A stretch of DNA of 62,653 bases, the filler included, from Collodictyon triciliatum (taxonomy: Eukaryota): NCBI GenBank assembly GCA_043381765.1. It is 13 parts of 12 records of this genome, joined end to end, with 100 filler letters (N's around TTAATTAATTAA, not from the genome) between each part and the next. Parts side by side here need not be neighbours in the genome. Positions count along the whole stretch, not along the records: positions 1 to 2,719 come from JBHJMP010005455.1; positions 2,820 to 7,943 come from JBHJMP010005457.1; positions 8,044 to 13,163 come from JBHJMP010005458.1; positions 13,264 to 18,386 come from JBHJMP010005459.1; 9 more parts are not named here. The stretch is one strand, 5' to 3'. Numbering within the stretch: position 1 is the first letter of the stretch; each line of letters starts with the position of its first letter. The notes below the pieces were generated by a model. That model was not told the DNA's origin. It did no database searches and saw only the letters and a program-made list of their open reading frames with translations. Below are positions 1 to 13,650 of this stretch, piece after piece. The translations under genes were made by a program, and so were the position numbers.

Positions 1-780
1 CTCTTTGAGGATGCGCTTTGGACACTTTTTTCCCATGACCTTAAACTTTGCAGGGAGCTGGTTCTTATGACAAAGAAGCTTCACCACGGCCGTGTCTGTA
101 AAGAAGCCTTTGTCCTTTTTGATCTCCACGTGGGTCGGTCTGAACGGCTTCAGCTCCTCACGAAGGATTTGTGGCCACACGTCCAGCGGTAGTTGGTAGA
201 GCATCACCGAGGTTTTTGTTGGTTTACTTCTGCTGAAGCTGCTCGTAATATCGAAAACTTACCTGCCTCAGCTCTAGAAGCTTTCGGGCGTTTTCTTCAG
301 TGCAGAGGGAAGTCAGGCAAAGGCCTTCGCTGTCCGGTAAGCGCAATTGGATGGACTCTTCCAAAGTTTGTTCGCTTCCAAGAAGGAGGCGACCGCATCT
401 GTGAGTCTGCGGGCCTTGTTCTTGTTGTAAACGACTTGCCCGACCCCGTGCAAAAATACTGTCCGCCCAGACAGACTTGCGGGCGGCTTCCTTGCACGAG
501 TCTTCCTAGACTTACGTGCACCTTGGCGGTTTTCCGCGCCAGCGTTGGAACCAGAAGAGCTGGCTGCAACTTGCAAGGCCTCCAATAGATTAATTGCAAC
601 ATATACATATATACCTTCTCCAATAGCTTCACGGCCACGACGCCCGAACGCACAATCTGGTGGGCTTGCAGACTGGTCACATCCAATGGAAGGCCGGCAG
701 CTTTGCCTCAGTTCTGCATTGAAATAGAGGATACCCCTTCGACAGATATTCGCCGCAATCTCTTTAGCCAGCGGCAACAT
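1..780 (-). pseudogene. Degenerate RRM-like ORF, possibly a non-LTR retrotransposon ORF1 remnant
   Basis: ORF 313-780 continues past a TGA as AKAFA*LPLCTEENARKLLE (RNP1-like). After a frameshift it reads SVMLYQLPLDVWPQILREELKPFRPTHVEIKKDKGFFTDTAVVKLLCHKNQLPAKFKVMG, resembling ORF1 RRM-like regions. It runs off the window start. Confidence 0.3.
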
Positions 781-1053
781 GCATTTGGGATGTAGGCTTC
801 CTTAATTCCCAGTGAAATTAATGCGAACATAAGTTACTTTTTTCTTCCTTTTTTTTTGTCATGATTGCTTCATACGCTTGTTATTATCCTATTTTTCTTT
901 TTCATCCTTTTTGATCCAATTATTTCATGAAGAGACAATAAACGAATTAGTTACAAATAATCAGCTCGGAAGCGCTCGACCAAGTAAAGATTGTTTTCTA
1001 TAAAGAACGCATCGATAGTATTTATTGGGCCCGGATAGTGCCTTATGGGAGGA

Positions 1054-2296
1054 CTAGATGATAAGGCATTGGTCACTGCAGGTGATTTGTTGCACTGTGG
1101 ATGACAAAGGAAGAGGAGCTGCATCCACAACAGCAGGTGGGATATCATGCTCTTCCATAGGCCTTACCTGGTTGACACGAACAGTAAACTCCCTTTTATC
1201 ATCATCTTGAGGTTGTAATTTAGAGTCAGTATTCACGACCTCCGAGCCTGTGCTTTTAACCTAATACCAAAATTCATTCAAACATATGAGCAAACAGGAG
1301 AAGAACACAAAAGAATATCATCTAATATACTAAATCGTCTTATAGATTGCTATAATACCGGCATGGTTTCTTGTATGTCCTCTTCAGACTCTTCGTCAAC
1401 ATCGCCAACATCATCAACTTCGTCAACATCATCATTCTCAACAGTATTTTTCTCATAGACAGCGTTATCAACTTTGGCCCCCTTATCAACCCGGTAAATA
1501 TCCTTTTTGGTGTGAGCTTGCACTTGAATCAACCTTGAAAGGGCAGCAGATATTGATACTCCTCCCATAATATCTGTGGTATTGCTGAAGCAGGGAAGAA
1601 CAGTCAAATCCCTTGGGATTCTCTTAAGCTGAATGCACCCTTCATAATCTTGTACGAACATAACCTTCAAGTCCCTCATACACACAACACCATGGGGAAG
1701 CTCCTCTATCTAATGTATTGCTAAATGGTGAGAAACATACTATCTAATAACGCAGGTTGAAAACTGATTTTCATAGGGGATGTTGTAAATATACAGGATT
1801 CGAGTGAAGACTTAAGGACGTAATCTTTGAAAGCATGGAGATGTGTTCTGTGAGTGTTGTTATGCAATTGCTTGAAATATCAAGGGATTCAAGCCACGTC
1901 ATGCTACATAACCATTCGGGTACACTCGTGATCTAATCAGGTTGTGTAAAAGAATACAATTATGTGTGATGGATGTGTTGGTATCTATCCTTTATTCATG
2001 CATAGGTAATACAATTGATAAAAAAAAAAACTATCGTTTCTTTTGTTCTCTGTTCTCTCATAAATGCACCTGATTATTTGATACGTCCAGCTTCACTTTG
2101 GGTGGAAGGAGAAGAATCTCGCGCCTAATATCGCGAATGCCTCCACCGAATATTGAGATTTCGTTCTCGCTTAAACTCATGCCTTCAAAAAAATCTTGCA
2201 GTTCACCAGGAAACATGTTCTGGCCTAAGTTGAGCTTCCGAAGGTTCGTCATCAGCACCATGCTGGGTATACTGGATATCTGTTTTGGCGTGAATG

Positions 2297-2395
<99 letters not shown>

Positions 2396-2503
2396 GAGCG
2401 AAATACAAAGTCCGTCAACAATCGCCACCCTACATGATTTTCGGACACATCAATGTACTCGATTTGCTTCATGGCTGGTATCCACTCGGGTATGACGCTT
2501 AGC
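1054..2503 (-). CDS. Leucine-rich repeat protein with acidic tail and C-terminal CaaX motif (5' end uncertain)
   Basis: Spliced exons include LSVIPEWIPAMKQIEYIDVSEN, ISSIPSMVLMTNLRKLNLGQN and ITSVPEWLCSMTWLESLDISSNCITTL...LSLHSNP. The exon IEELPHGVV...EEDIQETMP joins (GT at 1358, phase 0) the last exon 1260-1054, which ends CSDQCLII*. Confidence 0.75.
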
Positions 2504-2640
2504 TGTAAATACAAGCACAAAGTTACTCGAATACTTGGCGTGCTTCTAAAAGAAAGGATTAAAAAAATAAAAAGGAAACGAAGGGTTGTTGCAGAGCAGC
2601 GGCACTAATCAGTCACTCGTGCGCATTCTGTGTTCACTCG

Positions 2641-2675
<35 letters not shown>

Positions 2676-2719
2676 CAAAAGGTTTTTTTTTCTTTTTTTT
2701 TTTTTTTTAAAAATTTTTT

Positions 2720-2819
2720 NNNNNNNNNNNNNNNNNNNNNNNNNNNNNNNNNNNNNNNNNNNNTTAATTAATTAANNNNNNNNNNNNNNNNNNNNNNNNN
2801 NNNNNNNNNNNNNNNNNNN
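2720..2819. other. Artificial contig linker N44-TTAATTAATTAA-N44 (recurs at 7944, 13164, 18387, 23610, 26123, 31344, 36564, 41784, 47002, 52220, 57438)
   Basis: Identical 100-bp spacer with stop codons in all six frames. The segments between linkers are nearly all 5116-5124 bp, as expected for size-sorted concatenated contigs. Confidence 0.97.
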
Positions 2820-2914
<95 letters not shown>

Positions 2915-3195
2915 ATAATAGGGATAATAGGAATAATAAGAATAATAAGAATAATAAGAATAATAGGAATAATAGGAATAATAGGAATAATAGGAATAAT
3001 AGGAATAATAGGAATAATAGGAATAATAGGAATAGAAATAGAAATAGAAATAGAAATAGAAATAGAAATAGAAATAGAAATAGAAATAGAAATAGAAATA
3101 GAAATAGCAATAGCAATAGGAATAGGAATAATAGGAATAATAGCAATAGGAATAGGAATAGGAATAATAGGAATTGGAATTGGAATTGGAATAGA
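2820..3195. repeat. Compound microsatellite (AAAG)n/(AATAATAGG)n/(AATAGA)n
   Basis: Directly visible tandem repeats at a contig end. Confidence 0.95.
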
Positions 3196-3201
3196 AAATT
3201 A

Positions 3202-6200
3202 CCTCGAAAGTGCTAAGTGACCTCCACATAGATTCTGTAAGAGAGGCGGATGTTGGTCTAATAATAAATAATAATTCCTGAGTGAAAGGTTGTAAAAAGC
3301 TTCATATTCATGTTCTTCCTTCTTTCTTTTTTTATCTTTCATTATTAATATAATTATTATTATCATCAAATGCAAACCTCGTCCATCTGGCTCCAAATTG
3401 CCTACGGGCTTCATCATCGGCGGATGCTTCATCCTGGAGTGCTACCTTACATTTATTGACCATAATCGAAGCCTATTTTCCCACAATAGTTTAAAAAAAT
3501 AATAGTGTTCATTTAACGAGGTGATTAATTATTTTTTTTAAAAAAATATGATTTTATAGTAATTTTATTTGAAAAGTAAGGAGCAATATTCACTTCTCTG
3601 GAAGACTGGGTGCGAGCCTTCTCAAGATCCTGGACTATGTGTTGTGCATTCTGAAGTGAAAACAAAAACGCATTTTTACATGGTAGTTGCAAAGAGCGAA
3701 CATATCCTTATCTTATTCACTGCGAAATAGTAGACTTTGTTTTAAAGCATGTTAAATATATATACAGGTCCTTGAACTTCGTTGATTTTGTCGCTGAGGT
3801 ACTTTGGGATCTCCTCTTTGGTGGAATACGCATCGACATATGTAGGAAGTCGATGTTCTGTCATTTTCCTTCGGGAAGTCAATAAAAATATTTAGTTTTG
3901 TAAGACTCTGTCGGAGCCAAATCAAATTAAAAATTATATACATTAACAATGAAGCAGATAGCAATTCATAAATGGAAAGCACCTTTCATATTCTTGGTCA
4001 ATCATCCCAGCCACATCCGTAAGTTTTTTCACCATGTTTCCTTTCTCTGTCTATGGTCCGCATGCAGAAAAACCGATTACATAAAGTCAGGATTGGAAAC
4101 AGTAAGGCGAGACAATTGTCTATTATTTTGCTCGGCGACTGAGGATTGGTTATGGCCAAAGCCTCACCTCATACCGAGACATGCTTTGCTGAATGACCAA
4201 CGGCACAAGTGATGAAAATAGGTCAGCTGTGGTTGGGTGCGGGGCCGTCAAGAATGGAGCAGGAGTGACCTGGTGACAAGAAATGAGTAACTGCCACACA
4301 ACAGTCCCTTATACATGGCCTTGTGAAAGCATTTATATGTAATGCAAACCTTAACCATAACCTTAGCTTCGATTGGTGCTATTTTTTCAATCGGAGGCAC
4401 GCTATCGTAGTATATAGTGTTGTTCTCCTTTTCAAGTTTTTGGAGCAGCAGTGTGACTTCCTAGTTAACGTCGTGACAGACATGCATGAGGTGGATATTC
4501 TCCTCAAACATAGTATTGCAATTCATAGTTAAATAGAAGCAGGTACTTGAACGAGATTCGCCTGAGCATGACTAATGTCTGCTGAGATTCCTGGTGATTG
4601 GCGCGTAATTTTGGAGCACTATAGAAAATGACACCATCTTGAGACATATATACAAAAGAGAATTTAAAAAGGGGTAGATATTCACCTCTTGAAGTTGATC
4701 ACTAATCAAGCGCAATCTTGATATTTGCTCCCCGATTGCAGATGTCTTTTTTTTTTAAAAAAAAAATGCGAGATGAGAAAAGGTATTTAATCAATGACCG
4801 TATATATTGCATAACATGAACTTTTCTTTAAAAAAAATTATGGCACAACAATATGTGCAATCCCCAGGTCTTAACATATGCATTATTATACAGGTGCTTC
4901 GTTTCTCATAGAAGACAAGATTCGGTAGTGTGCAAGAGCAGTGTAGTAAGCAGAGCGATGCTGTGCTTGTGAGATAAAACTCTGCATCGAGTAAATTAGC
5001 GATTAGCGACATAAATTCCGGGACATCGAAAAGAAAGGAAGGAGAGAGGAATATATTCGATTCGTAGTGTTTGTCATGTTGTTACTACCTTTTTAATATA
5101 TTCCTTTAGTTTACTTTCCATAATCGATACTGAGGCCTGATATGATGCCCTGACTATATATTCCGACAAAATGGATAACATATTTTAAAAAAAAGGGGGT
5201 CCTATTGCGAAATAAAAAATCTACAAAGTTCAGAAAATATTGGCTGGCCTTCCTTTTGGTTTTTGGAACTTCAGGATTTGTAAATTAAATCATATCTCTC
5301 GATATTTCACCTCCATAAGCAAGCTTGGCTAATATGCTGTCCTTCATTTTGTCCATAGCAGCCTGGATTATCAAAATCACATTTAATTGTCTGATTCTTT
5401 AACAAAATATAGAGGCGATCTCAATCGAGCCAGGGGAAGGTGATAAACCGAAATAAAAGGATTGCATAAGGATGAATTAACAAATTGACTGAATCGACCT
5501 TTTAGAATGAGTAAAAGAAAGAAAGAAAAGGTCGAATTTGAAAAAAAAACCTTTTCATAGAAGCATTCCTGGGCTTGGGCAAGCATCAATCCAACCAAAC
5601 ACTCAAGAAGCGGCGGTGATAAGTCCGTAGTGACAAGAGTGCCCAAGTGATTGACTGATATTTGCTTAACCTCCTCAAAATAAGCAGCGGATTGCTGGAA
5701 AAGTTGGCTGGCAGTCTTCAGCGCCTCTGGGTTCGAACGGGGTTGCGATACAGCCTTTACGCGTTGCAGATTTTGTCATGCGCACATTTGTATATTGCAA
5801 ATTATGGTCATATGCAGACAGATAATTATATAATCGTAGCGTATTTCTATCCATGGCCTATCCATGCGTGAAACGGAAGAGATAATGAGAGAAACCTGAC
5901 AGCAAGCAATCACACCGAGATTATACAAAATTGACGCCGTCTCTAGATGAGGATTTGCTGAATCTGCAGGTTATAGGCCTGTCAGTATTGCCAAGAAAAA
6001 CTATGGAAAAGAGCCACTTGGAAAAAGCCCGGATTAGAAAATGAAGGCCAGACTGAGTACTAGTCTAACTAAAAGAAGGATAGATGAAACAAGAAAACTC
6101 TAACCTGTGTAGCGGTTTGTTTGGAACGGATCGTACCATCTGGTGTCGAAATCCAACTGGAGCAGCAGTAAAACCCAAGAGTTGGAAAAGTATGTATTAC

Positions 6201-6628
6201 ATAACTGCGAATACATAAAGATGGAAACAAAGGGAGAGGAGAACAAAACGAAATCATACTGGTTTGGTCCCCACGGGGAAGCGCTTTATGAGGAAACTGT
6301 ATTGATGGAAGTATCTGTGCATGACGGGAAAAGGTCAGTTGGATTTGAGAGTAATCGTCACATAGTTCCGTGTAGACTGATACTTATAGAAGTCTTTGCC
6401 GATGTGACTTGTACATCACGTTTTGACGAGTGCGCAAGAGACTGACCTTTGGTGGATTTCTCTCGCAGACTCTGTGGTTTCAGAGCACTTTGCTATATTT
6501 TGCCGTGAAAAGTGTAGATCATCGAAACTTTTCTTCAACTTTTCTGCCTCTTCTTTGCTGGAAATGAATAGCGATGAGGTTACCTGAAGTAACAAAACAA
6601 AACAAAACAAAACAAAACAAAACAAAAC

Positions 6629-6659
<31 letters not shown>

Positions 6660-6870
6660 CAAAACAAAACAAAACAAAACAAAACAAAACAAAACAAAAC
6701 AAAACAAAACAAAACAAAACAAAACAAAGAAAAAAAAGCCAAATATATCGAGAACGCATCGTGGCAGAGACGGAGCAAGAAGGACGGAACCTGTAGTTTT
6801 TTGAGACAAAGTTCTGAAGCGACTTTCTCCAGTCACAGTCCCGCGTAGTCTTCAGCGAAAGAGTCAGCAT
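3202..6870 (-). CDS. ALIX/BRO1-domain ESCRT accessory protein (multi-exon, 3' truncated by contig end)
   Basis: BRO1-domain exons read MLTLSLKTTRDCDWRKSLQNFVSKNY, WYDPF, ETASILYNLG, DLSPPLLECLVGLMLAQAQECFYEK, AYYTALAHY and KENNTIYYDSVP. A V-domain segment reads DEARRQFGARWTRPTSASLT. Confidence 0.9.
6591..6727. repeat. (AAAAC)n intronic microsatellite
   Basis: Direct tandem repeat inside BRO1 intron 1. Confidence 0.95.
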
Positions 6871-7596
6871 TCGCAGCTGAAACAAATGAAGGAGGAATCT
6901 GCGTTTAGTACAGAATGGAGTCTCGCGCAGAATGACTCGATCCAGCGCATCGTGTTGCGTGCGACGTGTGGCTTTCTCCTCGGGCATCGTGCGATCGCAG
7001 ATTCGGCATCGCTGCGTCTGTGCGAAAAGAAGCGTCCTTCGACGAGGATTATGATTAATTCCAAATGCGGAATTTATGACCAATCAGCGATATGCGCACA
7101 GATACTTTCCGCAATCAGTCGCAGGTTGTTCGGCTCATTGTTGTAAATATGCATTACATATTGTTGGCCAACTCGGCCGTGGTGACCCGAGTCTTTATGC
7201 ACACCGAGCAAATCGAAAAAAAAAATGTACTCATGTCGAAGCGTGGTATCTGAATCGGAAGGCGGGAATCTTCAAGCCAAGCAAAAGTGCGCCGCATGGA
7301 TTTATTCCTTCATGACCAGGCTGGCCTCGATGAGCGGCTGGACGACCTCCCTTCCGCCTTTGAGGACGTTAATGATCCGGAGAAAGATACACTCGGCTCC
7401 TGCGCGCCCTTCTTTGGTGTGTCCTTCTCAGCGAGCCTGGATGGGTCGTAATGATAGACACTAATTCCTGTGCGAATCAAAACGAAAAATAACGAGCAAA
7501 GACAAGTGAAATTTTACGTCTGATAACTCTCAAATTATGATGAGAGAAGTCAGAATATGAATGTCAGTCACAACCCCCACCATCTTGCACAAATTG

Positions 7597-7790
7597 AAAA
7601 AAGAATAAAAAGAATAAAAAGAATAAAAAGAATAAAAAGAATAAAAAGAATAAAAAGAATAAAAAGAATAAAAAGAATAAAAAGAATAAAAAGAATAAAA
7701 AGAATAAAAAGAATAAAAGGAATAAAAGGAATAAAAGGAATAAAAGGAATAAAAAGAATAAAAAGAATAAAAAGACTAAAAAGATAATAA
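7597..7790. repeat. 9-bp tandem repeat (AAAAGAATA)n
   Basis: About 20 copies, some with the AAAGGAATA variant. Confidence 0.95.
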
Positions 7791-7799
7791 TAATAAAAG

Positions 7800-7943
7800 A
7801 CTAAAAGAAGGATAGATGAAACAAGAAAACTCTAACCTGTGTAGCGGTTTGTTTGGAACGGATCGTACCATCTGGTGTCGAAATCCAACTGGAGCAGCAG
7901 CAAAACGCAAGAGTTGGAAAAGTATGTATTACATAACTGCGAA
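7800..7943 (+). repeat. Direct duplicate of 6068-6211 (a BRO1 exon plus flanking intron)
   Basis: 144-bp match at offset 1732 with two substitutions, both intronic. Confidence 0.92.
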
Positions 7944-8043
7944 NNNNNNNNNNNNNNNNNNNNNNNNNNNNNNNNNNNNNNNNNNNNTTAATTAATTAAN
8001 NNNNNNNNNNNNNNNNNNNNNNNNNNNNNNNNNNNNNNNNNNN

Positions 8044-10861
8044 TTCATCTGTTAGTAATTTTAAATGAGGGAGTTTAAGACTGTATGAAACCATGAAGAA
8101 AACTCCATGAAAACCTTGTATTTTGTTATTCGACAGCTGGAGGTAGATGAGGTTCTTGCAATTGGATATGTCAGGTAGTTCTGTTGGATACGGAGAAGTG
8201 TTTATAGCGAACCAATTTATATTCGTCTTCAAAACATGTGTATATGGAAAATAATGCTAGATTTGTACTTGTTAGTTGGTTGGAACTGAGGTCCAAGTAT
8301 CTTAGCGAGGGAAACACAGATACGTCTAGGCCATCTGCGACGTTTTATGTTGAAAAATTAACGATTGTTATCATACACTACGTAAGAATTACAATACCCC
8401 TTATTATTACTGTTATTGTTATTATTATTATCAGTAGTACCAGTGCTCTCATCAGTATTCTTAAAAACAGAACAGAACAGAACGGAAAAAAAAACAGGAT
8501 ATGCTCCACAAAAAATAATAATTCGTGAGTGTAAAGATGAGTTCATTTCCAAACCCCCGATGTAGCTCCCAGATACTAGAAATGTGGACATGTAATAAGC
8601 TGGTTTGAGATATGGAACTCCTACAGAGGAAATACTCTCAGAGCTGATCATTTTTCATGGACTCTTTAATAGATAATTCTGACTTTAAAAATACTATTTT
8701 TTTTAATTTTTTCCTTTATTCGATTCAAAAACTGTAATTTTTGATTGAAAATAAGGAATATAATATTCTCACAAGTGAGGGATATATGGGAGGAATATGA
8801 CTGAAACATACCCTGCATCCGAGCGTAGGAGACACTAAACGCATATATGTACGGCGTGTACTCAAACGTGGGCACATATGCTGCATAATTCATAAGTGAT
8901 TTTTAATAAAATAGAGTAATCTAAATTTATAATGAAATGAGTTGAGAATCAAGCAAGATGAAGGAGTGTAATCAATATATTATTTGTAGATCAACCAAAG
9001 TGCATAGTTGTGAGCTAAAGGAGAGGGAATATGGGAAATGGTAACGTACCAGATAATTGAGAAAAAGAGAAGTCGAAGATCTGCAGATAAGGCGAGTTCA
9101 CAAATTCTGGGAGATCACCTAAAGAACATGAAGGTGTATCATTTTCCTTTTTTAAAAAAAATAATTGACGGGAGTGAATTGATTATTTGAAGATAGGGAA
9201 ATAGAGGAAGGCTGATATTGATGTCAATCGAGTGTTTTAATCTAATTTGCACGATGAATGAAAACCTTGTATGTTGGTCCCTCTGCCCAACAGGAAGTAA
9301 ATATAAGGGAGACCAGTAAACTCTGGTAAAGACCCTAGAGAAGAATCATTTTATAAAAACAAAAAAAAAGCACGACAGGCAAATATGAAAATAACCTTGG
9401 AAGAATTAAAAAAAATCATAAAAAACGAAGTAAAGGAAAAAAGAAATGAAATGAAAGAAAAGTAGAAAAGAAAAGACTAGTGTTATTATACATGCATAGG
9501 GACAGACTTACCAGTGACCCTAGTGAATGAAAAATCCCAGCTGTACATAAAGGGAAACTGTGCGTCTGGAATAGAGCCGTATATTTCATTGTCATCGATT
9601 TGAAGAGATCCTAAATACAGCAGGTTTTCCGCAATCCGTACTATCTCTGTGACATCCCCGCTGAGATTGTTTGAAAAGAGCCACAGACGGTAAATCGGAC
9701 AAACCATAGCCTAGATACACCCACCACACAGACAGACACAGACACAGACACAGACAGACACATATTCATATTATTAGGCTAAAAATATTTCATCTTTTTG
9801 ATTTTCTTGTTTCTTTCTTTCCATTATCTTGACGCCACCCTCCTCCCACTTCACTACTCTCTCAAACACACCCAATGCATCAACACACATACATCACTAC
9901 AGCAAGATAAAGGAAAAGACATCTCGCCTCGACAAAACGAAGCAACCGGCAATAATAAAAATAAAAATAAAAAAAATAAGATGAGGATGAAGATGAAGAT
10001 GAAGATGAAGATGAGAGAGAAGCAAGTAGAACTTACATCAAGATGTTCAGCTGTGCAAAAGTTGTAGCAGATGACGTCCTCCCAATTGCAGTAGTGGACC
10101 GACCAATCACCCCACCCACCGCCACGGAACCAGTTCCTCCCGTTGGCGGCATCATAGATGGCCATCAGCGTCCCCGGGAAAGTCGATGTGTTGCGCGACA
10201 GAATCGCCTCCACGTACTCCTCCCCGCTCAGGATCGGCAGAATCATCTGCGACGGACCCGCATTCATAGTCCCAGCCGCAGCCGACCCGAATGGAGAGAC
10301 GAAGCTTCCATCTGGCGCGTCGAAAAGGGCCTCCAAGAACAACTTGTCCGTGTCCACAATAGGCGGCGGCTGCGGCTGCTGCAAAGGGATATCAGCAGCA
10401 AAAGCAGCAGCGTCGTGTGGCAAGGAAGGGGGCTGTGGCTGTGGCTGTGGCAGAGAAAGAGAGTGTGGCTGTGGTTGTGGCTGAGAAAAGGGATGTGGCT
10501 GTGGTTGAATTGGATTTGTGTGGTCGGGTAGCATTTGTGGCTGTGGCTGTGGTTGTGGCGGAATGGGGCAAAGGGTGGCACGGGACTCCAGGATGATTCG
10601 GAGGGCGGCTTCGTGGGTCAGGGTGGCGGCTTCTGCGTCGGTCAGTGAGCAGAGGGTGCATTGCGTGGGGGCGGGATTTGTGTGTGCAGAGAGACACAGG
10701 ATGCTCCTGAGGAATGATGATGGTGAGTCACGAGTCCGGAGTAGAGAGTAGTTGGGGGAAAGTATGGGCAAGTGCAGACTCTGGAGTGGGATCAAATAAG
10801 GAGGAGGAGGATTCAGTTACCACACAAGGACGGTAGTCAGCAAGTTGACGGAGGCCCGCAT
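8044..10861 (-). CDS. Secreted or receptor-like LRR protein with LRR N-terminal cap (3' truncated)
   Basis: Hydrophobic N-terminus MRASVNLLTTVLV followed by a PQ-rich linker. The cap reads LMAIYDAANGRNWFRGGGWGDWSVHYCNWEDVIC. Plant-type LRRs follow: LWLFSNNLSG, LQIDDNEIYGSIP, LDLSSNQLT and LQLSNNKIQG. Confidence 0.8.
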
Positions 10862-13650
10862 GTCTGTTGAGTTTTTTTAATTAAAAAAGATTTTTTTGTG
10901 TGTGTCTTTGTTTTTTTTTTTTTTGTTTTGTTTTGTTTTGTTTTGGATCGGAGTCGGCTCTCTTGGGTTGTGCGGTGAATGGATGGGCGAATAGAATGAT
11001 TCTTTGATCAGTGAGCGCGTGACTCAATAGGGAGAAGGAAGAGAGGGAGGAAAGAGCAGAGGCGATATGGGAGGAAGTATTTGGGAAAAAAATGCGACTG
11101 GCTTGACCCTACGCCCGTACGGCTTTCATTTTGCGTTTGTGACAGATCATTTACTGTTTCGTGCTGTGATGGCTCGCCAGGACTTTCTTGTGAGGCTAAA
11201 GTCCAAAGTCGTGCAGGGGTGCGAGTGAAAAACAGATTCTTTTTCCATCATCTCTTCCTGTGGTTTTTTTTTTATTCTCTTTTAAACAAGCCAATACCAT
11301 CTATTTGCTGTGATGTCCTCTCTACGTCAAAATATGTCTCTCTCTCTCGTGTTTGCGCAGCAATAAATATAGTTGCATCGCTTTACTTTGTTCCAATCCA
11401 CCGCCACCCACATTACATCGTGTACAAAAGCAAACTTGCTTAGTTCTCTAAAGGATATTTGAAAATAGGAAATAAGAATTTAGAATACCCTACAACAAGT
11501 TGGGTTTGTGCGCTTGCGCTCGATATTATTTTCGAAAGATTCTGTCCCTTCGCAGCATAACGCAATCACATAGTGGGAAAATGAAACAAATTCCGAATCA
11601 CTTTTTTTTTTTGTCACACTCAATATTTTTTTTCTCTTTTCGTCTGGTCTTTTCACTCGAATTCCCCCCAACCGACCCACAGTTACATTTCTCCTTTTTT
11701 AAATTACCCGGTTTTTTTTTTGTTCTTTCAAATTCGTATTGCCCTTCGCCGTTTCTCTTTCCTTCACTAATTTGTGGCTCTTTTGCTGCTGTTCTTTCCA
11801 TCTCCCAGTCGCTTTTGAGTTTACACGTGAGAATTATTCGGAGACACAATTATTTCCAAAATACTCCCTAGTATAGAATCATCTTGGTGGTGCGTTGAGA
11901 CTTACCGAAAGATACTTTCATCATTGAATATTTCATTCACCTGTCGCAGATTTGAACAATATATGGCGAAATCTGTTTGCAAATATGGGTATATATTCGC
12001 TAATGGCCGTTACTTAATCCATATTAGGACTCCATTATAACGGTCGGGTGTTGCACAGCAAAAGCACGTCCACTTCAAGCGGCCGTTGCAATCTGAGCCT
12101 CATCCACTTTCACCGAACTGGAAGACGTTGCATCTCTTAATCTACACATGGAAATTATAGTTAAGATAATTAAATACCACCAAGTCGCCATATGTATGCA
12201 TAAATTGTTATTATTTAGAATAAATATATATTAAAATATAAATTTGAGAAAATAATATGGTTATTCCGTGGTTATTTCTCAACGATGTATAATTTTAGAA
12301 TCTCCAAGTCCGGCACAGCGGAGGAAGTGAGGGAGGAGACAACCAGGATGCGCGCCAGCGGAATATCGCCATATCTTCATTTTAGCTGGAACCTTGGGAT
12401 TCAGTGAATACAAGAGGCCAGAAAAAACGCACACAGCAGTGAATACACGCGAGTAGAGATGCAACCTGCACCGGTTGGTGGATCAGTCATCAGCAATTAG
12501 TAGCCAGGAATCGGGGGTAAAGAAAAAAAGAAAAAAAAAAAAAACAATGATAGCGAGTTGGTCAGGCGGGCAGCCCAACCTATTGATTGGCTGCGTGAGT
12601 AACAGTGATTTGGATAAGTTGCGGGGAACACCTCGCAACACACACTCACATCTCTTCGGCTGCGGTCAGAGAAGTGATTCATGTCGACGTGCTTCCGCAA
12701 AATATTCATGAATCTATATATTGCACGAGGCTTTCCGGCCTGGATAGATTCATTTCTCGTTCAGTCGAGTCACTGGGGCGAGAGAATGTGCGCACATTTC
12801 ATAAGGACCACGACACATGTCTTTGATGCGACAAGATTTCTTAAAATTCAGATTCAATCGAATCAACCTGCCGGACTGTCCACCTTACCACTCACTATCA
12901 CTGATGTCCTTCCGATGAGGACATATACAGGTAATAAATAACAATTATCGCGCCCTTTTCATTTCCTTTTTTTTCTTTTTGAGACCATATGCTACCTTAT
13001 AATGATTGCCTAAATCTTATATGACTCCCCTTATTGACGTTGTGAACCGACCGAGGGAGGAGGTGGGGAAGGAGGTGGGGAACGGTCTTAAAATATCAAA
13101 AAAAAAAAAAAAAAAAAAAAATAAAAAAAACAAAACAAACCAAAATAAAATTTTTTTTTTTTTNNNNNNNNNNNNNNNNNNNNNNNNNNNNNNNNNNNNN
13201 NNNNNNNTTAATTAATTAANNNNNNNNNNNNNNNNNNNNNNNNNNNNNNNNNNNNNNNNNNNNTTTTTTTTTTTTTTTTTTTTTTTTGTTATTGTTGTTT
13301 TATACATTCTTCCACCCAAATGCACCCTAAAGCATAGTTCATAACTCTGCTTCATCCTCACAAATATTTTGAACCCAGGCGGACTGTTATTCCATCCCGC
13401 TTTGTCCCAAAAAATCACTGCTGTCATACTAGACTCCGGTCAAAAAAGATGGAATTCAGGACCCAAGTAACTTAAACAGCCTATATACTGTCTGTATGGT
13501 TGCCGATTTTCACACCGGTTTCTCTTCTGAACCACTTTTACTGTATCTGTATGTATACTTGGTTATCACATCCTTTTTCTAATGGGGCGTTTCTCTTGAC
13601 AATATGAGGTTTCATCTCGAATTTATTTCTCATGGATCTAATAAAAATAG

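Noticed and set aside
951-1260. FTVRVNQVRP / YLVERF resembling an LTR integrase tail and chromodomain
   Set aside because: Better explained as the in-phase last exon of the LRR gene ending in CaaX; no integrase core is nearby.
11000-13163. Gene-sized region with short ORFs and exon-like segments
   Set aside because: No consistent spliced frame, recognisable motif or RNA-gene signature could be supported.
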